A stretch of 58,605 bases of DNA from positions 1-58,605 of the forward strand of contig CAZQYB010000001.1 of the NCBI GenBank assembly GCA_964597535.1. Direction: 5' to 3'. A program made the translations under genes and the position numbers. A model generated the notes under the pieces. The model was not told the DNA's origin, did not search any database, and saw only the letters and a program-made list of their open reading frames with translations. The first letter of the stretch is position 1. The number at the start of each line of letters is the position of its first letter. Below, piece by piece: positions 11,301-17,801 of this stretch. The DNA comes from an uncultured Pirellulales bacterium. GTDB taxonomy: Bacteria; Planctomycetota; Phycisphaerae; Sedimentisphaerales; Anaerobacaceae.

Positions 11301-12361
11301 TGCAGTGGGAAATATCTGAAGACCGGCACAGGGTAATCTTTGCAGATTTAACTATCGAAGACGCTACCGCTCAAAGGCTGGCTGAACTTGAGGCCATGCC
11401 TCTCAATCTTGCGCCAAACGCGATCAAGCCTCAGCCGGCAGATGGAGGAGTCGCAAGCTCAGTTAGCAAACTGGAACTAAGCTGGATGCAGGGATTGAAT
11501 GCAGCCGAGCACAGAGTATATTTCGGCACCAACATTGATGAGTTATCACTTTTGGGCGAGGTCACAAGCCCCAGTTTCGACGAGCTCCCCGAACTCCAAA
11601 CCGACACAACCTATTACTGGCGTGTTGACGAAGTTCAGGCAGATGGTTCAGTTGTAGTCGGCGACGTTTGGAGTTTCAACACAAACAGAATAATGTGCCT
11701 CTGGTGGAAGTTTGATGAGACCAGCGGCAGCATCGTCAGTGATTCTTCCGGCAACGGCTATCACGGCGCAGGGGTGAGGAAAGTCCCAATCTGGGACCCC
11801 GACGGCAGGTTCGGTGGCTGTATCAACTTCGATGAAACGTATGGTGTGTCAATTCCGGGTGATGTCTTTGGCAACCATATCGACAGCGAAATAACCATTT
11901 CGGCCTGGGTCAATGGTGACGCGAACCAGATGAATCACAGTAACGTAATCCTCCAGGCTGGCAGTGGACCCTATGGAAGGCCGTATATCGTCAGCGTGTA
12001 CACGGAGTGGCAAGATGATGGTCGCGTCGAGTTCAAAACAGGACGCGACGAACCAGATGAAGTCAGCTATAATGCCGCCCTTGAGGAATGGGCGGGACAG
12101 TGGAATCACTATGCCTTTGTCAAAAATGCTAATGAAGGCTTCCAGAAGATATACCTTAATGGTGAATTGGTAGCTGAGAAGACCGGCACCAACGCATCGA
12201 TGGCCGGGGTGGGCACTGCCAGAATCGGTATAGCTCCTGACCGATACGGCGACCAATACATAGGCAAGCTCGACGACGTGCGCATATACAACTATGCCTT
12301 GTCCCAGGATGAGATAGGCCGGATTTACGAGGGTACTGACGCTGCTTCGGCGAAAAAATAA
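8345..12361 (+). CDS. giant anti-sigma factor: zf-HC2 N-terminus, one TM helix, ~1200-aa extracytoplasmic region ending in a YYWRVDEV module plus LamG domain
   Basis: The GTG start is 3 nt after the sigma stop. HVAECAECSSEL is the zf-HC2 anti-sigma motif. The TM helix is at about aa 103-122 (IIKLAAAAVIIIAVCIGLKMF). The C-terminus has EHRVYFGT...TTYYWRVDEV...GDVWSFNT, then a LamG-like block ending GKLDDVRIYNYALSQDEI. Confidence 0.8.
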   Translation: MNTHEKIKELLIGFVLGELSEQEERKVKTHVAECAECSSELKRLRALLECTDEMRELSADNHLCQSAKETLLASIGSEEKQLAPSSNISAGCVRRTIMQSRIIKLAAAAVIIIAVCIGLKMFIHPSEKQHVGETSIVNEVETTAEVLEAERNTVRQMFAARDVRGLEAMLLNAQFDESKVLAANYLALIGDSDSVEVLQQVDEEYGGTEPAFAEAIAAIETRIADAGTEDSEGTEAPEGTSALDGNDTAVAEGSGPAVEQAPDELLQLVPAKSMFCVRVNNFDYVLGMIDQYLAGISPMPAGATMFARMQLVSALGDPALNGVNTAGSFALFGLASPPEPNENPLGNLFIAGLVPVTDYAKFVSDNPNCEQPDANGISIIKTGGAVNPNKKMLAAKLGGYVLLSSANNYGKLVSIAKSVSQGVSGLGDSLDAGEVAAATNQPLWAYGNVQRAAKVFGPMVYAQLEQMKKQFETMNASPQGGPAPAAAMNMYFGMFNILTEEVEFLSISVNPKVDVLNLTISAAAVPNTLMAKMFVADASDAANTLLNYLKDGAILNLGFKMNTPFMEELSMTEYDFIAFLSDQNIPDETIDKFENMVADMVSCAAGPGIASFTYNSEGWPPFAGKYIVAVKDEEKWKQLIKAGADLYNTGEFADLHNKMGIEYRYEIKTGADDCNGVSIDVGKLVMEPNDPNSMYGKIIDQTYRGGFDFRYAIVNGLWLCVFGTDCNSAMCELIDEVKAGGPKELASEMATALEALTKADKAEFAGTVNFIRYLNMGASMMQGIEIEVGVDAGQIGPPIVPVDVETNSNIAFAGKVTNGKIAVEIALPKQHILEIKAGIETMGQQMTVIMARQEAISQIPSTGPIIGEPQPGMPTLYTVAPDVNLSDEQTLIEGLRTFAEISNGRYPSNLNLMITMREAGEALRKSILDDQNRDPNVTLPTREELMAKLANIEAACLFYDKLVKEGKDVVYRGDKVTTEFPHVILMQWEISEDRHRVIFADLTIEDATAQRLAELEAMPLNLAPNAIKPQPADGGVASSVSKLELSWMQGLNAAEHRVYFGTNIDELSLLGEVTSPSFDELPELQTDTTYYWRVDEVQADGSVVVGDVWSFNTNRIMCLWWKFDETSGSIVSDSSGNGYHGAGVRKVPIWDPDGRFGGCINFDETYGVSIPGDVFGNHIDSEITISAWVNGDANQMNHSNVILQAGSGPYGRPYIVSVYTEWQDDGRVEFKTGRDEPDEVSYNAALEEWAGQWNHYAFVKNANEGFQKIYLNGELVAEKTGTNASMAGVGTARIGIAPDRYGDQYIGKLDDVRIYNYALSQDEIGRIYEGTDAASAKK

Positions 12362-12420
12362 TCTTCCGCAGGCTTTAACAAAACAGCTTGATTGTCTTAT
12401 CAGTCTTCTGTTGCAAATAG

Positions 12421-12449
12421 GCCGGGCATGTATTGCTCGGCTTTTTTTT
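12421..12449 (+). terminator. intrinsic terminator after the anti-sigma gene
   Basis: The hairpin is GCCGGGCA-TGTAT-TGCTCGGC (one mismatch), followed by T8. Confidence 0.6.
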
Positions 12450-12454
12450 ACACT

Positions 12455-13639
12455 TTAATTTTGTAATTTAGCAAGCTCGTCATTGCACATCTTCAATTGG
12501 CCGGGGTCAGAGAGCTTTTTGACCGCCACCTGCAGGTGCTTTAACGCCAGCTCTCGCTGGTCAAGATACCGCGAATACAATAAACCCACCATCAGCTCGA
12601 CCTGCTCAATATATTCATAGTTGCTGTAGTGAGCCAGAAACTTTTCGTAAGCTTCTGCCGATTCAGCGTGTTTACTCTCACTGGCAAGCTGATTGGCAAT
12701 ATCCAGCAGATATTGGCGCGGCAGAATCTGCTTGCTATCGAGGTCGGCAAGCTCCAAATATAGTTGGGCTGCGGCCGGTAAATTGCGTTCGTCAATCCAA
12801 CGGGAAATCTCGTTGCGAAGCTGCCTGACTTTTTCCTCTTGCTGTTTTTCACCCGGTGTTTTTCTTATTTCTTTTACTTTTATCTGTTTTGTCACTGTCC
12901 GGCCGGCAAATGGGTCGTAACCATTCGAGACAGCATCGCGATAACACCGCCGCCGATTCCATCGTTTTATCATTGCCCACAGGTCGAAACTGCTGCCTGC
13001 AATCAGGCCGGTCGCCAGCATACCTAACACAGCCAGAATGCCGAAGGCATAACCGGACAGGTGTGCATCATAAGCGACATTGGGAATGTGTCTTAAGTAC
13101 ATATTGTCCCAAAAAATCAACTTGAAACCGATGAAATACAAGGCGGGGATTTCAAAGGTACCAATAAAAAAGAGCAGCCAGTAAAAAACCGTAATCAAGG
13201 TCTGGGGAAACAAGACAAAATATGCTCCGGTTACGGCAGCAACGGCGCCGCTTGCTCCCAGAGTGGGTATAGGTGAAGACAAATGGAGGACTGTATGACC
13301 TATACCGCTGAATGCGGCACCGGCCAAATAAAGGCACAGATACCCAATGTTGCCGAGTTTGTCGTTGACATTGCGGCCAAAGACATACAAAAAGAACATA
13401 TTGCCTAAAATATGCCAGAAGTCTCCGTGCAAAAACGCGTAACTTACAAGCTGCCACAGACGAAGTTCATTAGGGGTAAGCATAAAGCGCGCAACCCACG
13501 GTCGAAATACCAGACCACCTTGGGGGGCTACATGTAATTCCAGTAAAAAAATAATCGCATTGACAATTATCAGGGCGTAATTTGCGTATGGCGTCCGCCA
13601 CGGCCGAATACTTGTCCGAATGGGCAATACAAAAAACAT
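12455..13639 (-). CDS. rhomboid family intramembrane serine protease with a C-terminal soluble helical (TPR-like) extension
   Basis: Rhomboid motifs are WHILGNMFFLY, the catalytic-Ser block GASGAVAAVTGAY and the catalytic-His block AHLSGYAFG. About 150 aa of charged, helical, non-membrane sequence follow. Confidence 0.85.
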   Translation of the reverse strand: MFFVLPIRTSIRPWRTPYANYALIIVNAIIFLLELHVAPQGGLVFRPWVARFMLTPNELRLWQLVSYAFLHGDFWHILGNMFFLYVFGRNVNDKLGNIGYLCLYLAGAAFSGIGHTVLHLSSPIPTLGASGAVAAVTGAYFVLFPQTLITVFYWLLFFIGTFEIPALYFIGFKLIFWDNMYLRHIPNVAYDAHLSGYAFGILAVLGMLATGLIAGSSFDLWAMIKRWNRRRCYRDAVSNGYDPFAGRTVTKQIKVKEIRKTPGEKQQEEKVRQLRNEISRWIDERNLPAAAQLYLELADLDSKQILPRQYLLDIANQLASESKHAESAEAYEKFLAHYSNYEYIEQVELMVGLLYSRYLDQRELALKHLQVAVKKLSDPGQLKMCNDELAKLQN

Positions 13640-13720
13640 AATTTAGCTGCCAGTTTAATTATAAGATTGAGCTAAAAACCCTGCCCATTGTATCGGAGAA
13701 AAACGACAGCGACAAGACAT

Positions 13721-13859
13721 AAAAAAAAGGACGGCAATCGCCGTCCTGTCCGGTAAAATCAGTCATTACAAGCTGTTTCCCTCCCTCGCGGAAAGCATCA
13801 TGAGCTGGTACGATTCCTCACAACAACCAGCTTCCCTCCCAGCCGAAGTCTAATCTGCT
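13721..13859 (-). ncRNA. candidate small RNA, GGA-motif rich (possible CsrA-binding Rsm/Csr-like RNA)
   Basis: The minus-strand sequence is ...GACTTCGGCTGGGAGGGAAGCTGGTTGTTGTGAGGAATCGTACCAGCTCATGATGCTTTCCGCGAGGGAGGGAAACAGCTTGTAATGACTGATTTTACCGGACAGGACGGCGATTGCCGTCCTTTTTTTT. A sigma-70-like promoter lies upstream. It ends in a 7-bp GC stem (13729..13746) plus T8. Seven GGA triplets are present, and two of the GGA groups sit in hairpin loops. There is no ORF. The 5' end is only estimated. Confidence 0.4.
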
Positions 13860-13865
13860 AATAAA

Positions 13866-13894
13866 AATATAAGATACAAACGCCACAAAGCCAA
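13866..13894 (-). promoter_or_regulatory. sigma-70-like promoter for the candidate sRNA
   Basis: The minus strand reads TTGGCT - 17 nt - TATATT. Confidence 0.35.
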
Positions 13895-13992
13895 ATGCCG
13901 GACCAAAAAAAACTTTATTTTTTGCTCAGGTGATGTTAATCAATTGTATTTGGCAGTGGGCGAAACGCTAACTAAACCGTGAGCTTGAGTAA

Positions 13993-15108
13993 ATGAACGA
14001 CAAAATTATAAAAAATCGCATCAAGGCGATTCGCCGCGACTTAAAGAAAAAGCGGATTAACTGTCTCATAGTGACAAGGCCGGCCAATGTAACTTATACA
14101 ACCGGTTTTTCCGGCGACTATAGCTGGGCGGTAATTACCGCCAAGGTGGTTTATCTTTTGACCGACAGCAGGTACGTCGAGCATGCTGAAAAAGAATGTC
14201 CACGGTGCAGGATAATCCAACGGACCAGGTCGCTTCCTGAAACAGTATCGAAACTGCTGCAAAGGCTAAAATCGATACAAGCGGTAGCCGTCGAAAAATC
14301 CACCTCACTTGCTGTGTATGAGGCATTGAAAAAAAATGTTAATGTCCGGCTGAACGCAGTCGCAAATATTGTTGAACAGGTGCGCACCATAAAAGATACC
14401 GGCGAAATCGCCGCTATCGGAACGGCTGCTCAGATAGCGGGAAAAGCACTTAAACGAACCCGAAGATATATAAAGCCCGGTGTGACCGAAAACGAGTTAG
14501 CCGGCACCCTGGATTTTCAAATTCGTAAGTTTGATGCAAAAACCAGTTTTGAAACAATTGTTGCATTTGGCCCTAATGCCTCACGTCCTCATCATCAGCC
14601 CGGCGCAAGGAAACTTAAAAAAAATGATACTGTGCTTATCGATTTCGGCGTCAGATACAAAAATTACTGCTGTGATTTGACCAGATGTTTTGTCGTTGGA
14701 AGGGCGACTGCTTTTTATAAAGAGGTTTACAATGCTGTGCAGGAGGCCCAGGCGGCTGCGATAAAAATGGTGAAGCCCGGTGCCAAAATCAGTGAAGTTG
14801 ATGCGGCCGCAAGGCAGGTGATTAGTAAATATGATTTACCCGTTTACGGACACGGAACAGGACACGGTCTGGGCCTGGAGGTGCACGAAGAACCTGTCAT
14901 CGATGAAAAAAGCAAAGGCAGGCTGGAAGCTGGTATGGTCTTTACAATCGAGCCGGGCGTATATATCCCGGGAAAACTCGGCGTTCGAATCGAAGATGAC
15001 GTGCTCGTAACCAAGAACGGCAGCAGCATACTAACTCGCAGCATTCCCGACCCCCACGTATTCTTGTCCCGCATCTTGCCTCTCGCCTGCCCCCGCCAAA
15101 TTATGTAA
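13993..15108 (+). CDS. Xaa-Pro aminopeptidase/dipeptidase (M24B family)
   Basis: It has the HGTGHGLGLEVHEEP metal-binding block and the FTIEPGVY and RIEDDVLVT blocks of the pita-bread fold. The N-terminal creatinase-like domain includes LIVTRPANVTYTTGF. Confidence 0.88.
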   Translation: MNDKIIKNRIKAIRRDLKKKRINCLIVTRPANVTYTTGFSGDYSWAVITAKVVYLLTDSRYVEHAEKECPRCRIIQRTRSLPETVSKLLQRLKSIQAVAVEKSTSLAVYEALKKNVNVRLNAVANIVEQVRTIKDTGEIAAIGTAAQIAGKALKRTRRYIKPGVTENELAGTLDFQIRKFDAKTSFETIVAFGPNASRPHHQPGARKLKKNDTVLIDFGVRYKNYCCDLTRCFVVGRATAFYKEVYNAVQEAQAAAIKMVKPGAKISEVDAAARQVISKYDLPVYGHGTGHGLGLEVHEEPVIDEKSKGRLEAGMVFTIEPGVYIPGKLGVRIEDDVLVTKNGSSILTRSIPDPHVFLSRILPLACPRQIM

Positions 15109-15198
15109 CTCAATAAGAGCAAAAGGATTATCTTTTACATAAGCGCACTTTTAAAATAGATGCGGTATAAATTGTTTTTCAGGGACAATTAACTACGT

Positions 15199-15238
15199 AA
15201 AAAAACGTCCTGTTTGAGATGATTATTCAAACAGGACG
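15199..15238 (-). terminator. intrinsic terminator downstream of csrA
   Basis: A 12-bp stem pairs CGTCCTGTTTGA with TCAAACAGGACG (15206..15217 with 15227..15238). It is followed on the minus strand by a T-run (an A-run on the plus strand at 15199..15205). Confidence 0.7.
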
Positions 15239-15306
15239 CCACGCGAAATTTTATAAAGACAGCTTTGCCGAGTTGATGATTTTGCTGCTGCTCTACCTGC
15301 TCCTGC

Positions 15307-15504
15307 TCATTTTTGCTCTTCTGTCCCTTGCCCCTTCTCTCGCTGAATCGCTTCGTAAACTTCTCTGCGATGAACCGGAATCCGCTTCGGGGCTGTTATG
15401 CCAAGACGAACCTTGTCACCGCGGACATCGACAATAGTAATCTCGACGTCATCACCAATCATAATCGACTCATCTTTTTGCCTGCTTAAAACCAACATTT
15501 TCAA
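15307..15504 (-). CDS. csrA: carbon storage regulator CsrA (RNA-binding translational regulator)
   Basis: The 65-aa ORF reads [51 protein letters not shown], nearly the textbook CsrA sequence. AAGGAG lies upstream. Confidence 0.95.
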   Translation of the reverse strand: MKMLVLSRQKDESIMIGDDVEITIVDVRGDKVRLGITAPKRIPVHRREVYEAIQREKGQGTEEQK

Positions 15505-15815
15505 CTCCTTTTGTCGGCTGGTCTTAATTTAGTTACGAAGAAACCCTGCCATTTGTTCACTCGCCTGTTCGCCGAGGATTTTTGTATGCCGTTATTACAC
15601 AACGAGTTAACTTAAAAACAGCAGCGAACAAACAAATCTCGAACACAATAATATTTTCGACCAATTATAGGAGTGAAAACAACTATTTTTGCCCCGGTTC
15701 CTGCCGACAGGGGGCTATTATGGGGTTCTCTGGACATAACTACTTAAATCACATAGACTTATCATAAAGATGCGGTCTGAAAAAAGATGGATTAAATTTG
15801 CCGTATCAGGCCTGT

Positions 15816-16709
15816 TTAACCTTCTTGTCCGTGTTTTCGCCAATAATTATAGCGTACGGCCAGCCAGTAGCCGGTAATCGAGCCTAAAGTACCAAGAGCC
15901 ACGATTTGCACGGGCAATATAGAAATAACTGCGTTTGGGAAAAAAACTACCGGCCACTCCTGAGCAAGGCGCTGCAACGTGCTTTGTTTGACGCAAGTCA
16001 TTATGGTAAAACCGGTTACGAGAGCACTGGCAATTGTTGGCCAGATATAGTTGGCATCGAGAAATTTTTTGACTATGAAAGCGGCGAGGCCGAACGAAAC
16101 GAATACAGCAAAAACTATCTGCCCGACGGTCGGCTGGGCCACAAGTGAACCTATTCTGACGTCCTGGGCCAATATTCTTATGCAAAATTGAGCAATGAGG
16201 CCGGAGGCGATTAAAGCACTTGCTGTATTTAAGTATATATTTGATTTAGAGTTAGCTTTTTTTTTGGCCTCGTCCAGTTCGGGCTTCGCTCGGATTTTCT
16301 GGCCTGCAAGGACGCCGGCAAAACCGGCAGCCACAATAACCAGCCAGAAAACCGGCTCCCATTTAAGCGCTGCGAAAAGCGCCTCACGCTGTGGGAGGGT
16401 TGAATTCATGCGCATCAGGCCAGCCATATTTCCACATCGCACAGCCCAGATGGCCAGGCCGGACGGTACAGCCAGAATGCCGATTTCTCGGCCGTAAGGC
16501 CAGGCAAGAAAATAGGCCAGCAAGCCCGCCAAGAACGCCAAAGCCGCTAAGATTATTGCGTTGCTGAAACTCACATCACCGGCAAAGAGGGATACGGTGC
16601 CCAACGGCTCAGGTGGTGCCGCTAACGGCCAAGCCCAAAAACCTATCAGTACAACTCCTATGGCGACCGCAGCAGCGATTCGCAGTTTCATTAGCCAAGA
16701 TAGTTCCAC
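15816..16709 (-). CDS. polytopic membrane protein, function unknown
   Basis: The 297-aa ORF has about 8 hydrophobic segments. I recognise no motif. Confidence 0.5.
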   Translation of the reverse strand: MELSWLMKLRIAAAVAIGVVLIGFWAWPLAAPPEPLGTVSLFAGDVSFSNAIILAALAFLAGLLAYFLAWPYGREIGILAVPSGLAIWAVRCGNMAGLMRMNSTLPQREALFAALKWEPVFWLVIVAAGFAGVLAGQKIRAKPELDEAKKKANSKSNIYLNTASALIASGLIAQFCIRILAQDVRIGSLVAQPTVGQIVFAVFVSFGLAAFIVKKFLDANYIWPTIASALVTGFTIMTCVKQSTLQRLAQEWPVVFFPNAVISILPVQIVALGTLGSITGYWLAVRYNYWRKHGQEG

Positions 16710-16839
16710 AACTTAGCTCCTTTAAATTACACAATGATAGGATGCCATCGAAACTAAACCACGTTCGTGACGATACAATCCAACTACTTAGCTGCTAAAT
16801 GGTTGAATGATTCGGTTTTCTTCACCGCTCTGACTTGCA

Positions 16840-17220
16840 TCACTTTCTTTTTTGTTGGCAAGGACAGCCGCCCTTCCTTTTCGTTCTGGATGATGTTTTT
16901 GTCTTTTTCTTCGCCGTTGACGCCTGCCTGGGTTTAGGAGGGGTTTTCGATACTTTAGCGATTTTCTTTACTTTTTCGTCCTTTGGAAGCTGTGCCTGAC
17001 ATTTTTGTAGTTCACTCGTGACTTCAAAAAGGATGCCGGTCGTTGCTTCTGCGTTGTCTTTTAGCTCATCAATTTTGGTTTGTTGGGCTTCCATAGTCTT
17101 TTGCAATTCCAGCATTTCCCGCTCACAGTGGGCTTGCTGATTCAATACGCAACCACTGAGCAGCAGCGTACTTAGTATCAGGCCAACTGCCTGACAGACC
17201 ACAACATTAATACGTTTCAT
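16840..17220 (-). CDS. small coiled-coil lipoprotein with a lysine-rich tail
   Basis: An internal ATG at 17220 gives MKRINVVVCQAVGLILSTLLLSGC, with lipobox LSGC. The upstream part of the track ORF (to 17334) looks non-coding. Confidence 0.55.
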   Translation of the reverse strand: MKRINVVVCQAVGLILSTLLLSGCVLNQQAHCEREMLELQKTMEAQQTKIDELKDNAEATTGILFEVTSELQKCQAQLPKDEKVKKIAKVSKTPPKPRQASTAKKKTKTSSRTKRKGGCPCQQKRK

Positions 17221-17360
17221 AAGAGTTGTCCTTTCACAAAAAAAAGTAAACTTATAGCTTCCCATAAATCGGTAGCTAAGGATAATCACTATAATACCGG
17301 ATTTCTTTTGGGAAAGCAAGCTTTTCCGGGACAATGTGGAGAATGGGGTGCATGTTATGC

Positions 17361-17389
17361 TTGACAGGACACTACAGGTTGCCTATTTT
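17361..17389 (+). promoter_or_regulatory. sigma-70-like promoter inside the leader repeat (distal); identical copy at 22587..22615
   Basis: The sequence is TTGACA - 17 nt - TATTTT. Confidence 0.3.
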
Positions 17390-17440
17390 AAACGCTGGGA
17401 AAATTTATCGCACCCCGTCCGATAATTTAGTGTTTTCTTC

Positions 17441-17470
17441 TTGACGAGGGGGCAGCTAATTTGGTATAAG
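17441..17470 (+). promoter_or_regulatory. sigma-70-like extended -10 promoter inside the leader repeat; identical copy at 22667..22696
   Basis: The sequence is TTGACG - 18 nt (ending TGG) - TATAAG. It would give a 5' UTR of about 325 nt. Confidence 0.35.
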
Positions 17471-17801
17471 GGTATAAGTAAGACTGGTTAAGGATACCGA
17501 TTCTTAGGTGCCAGTTTGTGCAGTTTTTGCCGTTTATGGGCGAAAATTGAGTAAAAAGGTACAGACTTTAGTGAGACCCTTGTGGCTCGGAAGTGGGAGT
17601 TTTGTGCCTCGAAGACGGTTTTTTTTGGATTTTCGTACACATCTGGGCTTGCCGTCTAAACTTGAGTGGGATGACAGACGAACCATCAAAGGTTGTCAGG
17701 GACAGGCGTCAAATATGTGGATGCCTGTTGAAAATAACGGATGTTTTGGCGTTTAGCCGAAAAACGTAGTCATAGTTTAATTTTTGAAAAGGAGGAACGT
17801 T

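Larger units (their letters stand above)
17297..17801 (+). repeat. leader repeat, copy 1, upstream of giant LamG gene 1
   Basis: By eye, 17297..17611 is identical base for base to 22523..22837 (315 nt). A diverged stretch with a 28-nt indel follows. Then 17701..17796 matches 22901..22996 up to the Shine-Dalgarno sequence and ATG. Confidence 0.95.

Noticed and set aside
17221-17334. N-terminal 38-codon extension of the lipoprotein ORF
   Set aside because: The internal ATG at 17220 gives a textbook lipoprotein signal peptide with a lipobox. The extension runs into the leader repeat and looks non-coding.
17619-17626. T8 run in leader copy 1 as a possible transcription attenuator
   Set aside because: I could not find a stable hairpin immediately upstream of the T-run. 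Only a long-range AGACGG/CCGTCT pairing with a 36-nt loop lies downstream, and copy 2 keeps only 4 bp of it.
17508-17756. ORFs inside the duplicated leader (17508..17756, 22439..22651 and 22714..22911 minus) and two tiny ORFs starting at about 17353 and 17358
   Set aside because: The longer ones are not preserved between the two copies because the indel region changes them. The tiny ones are identical in both copies, so there is no substitution pattern to test for coding. No convincing RBS was seen. I have left them as non-coding leader.
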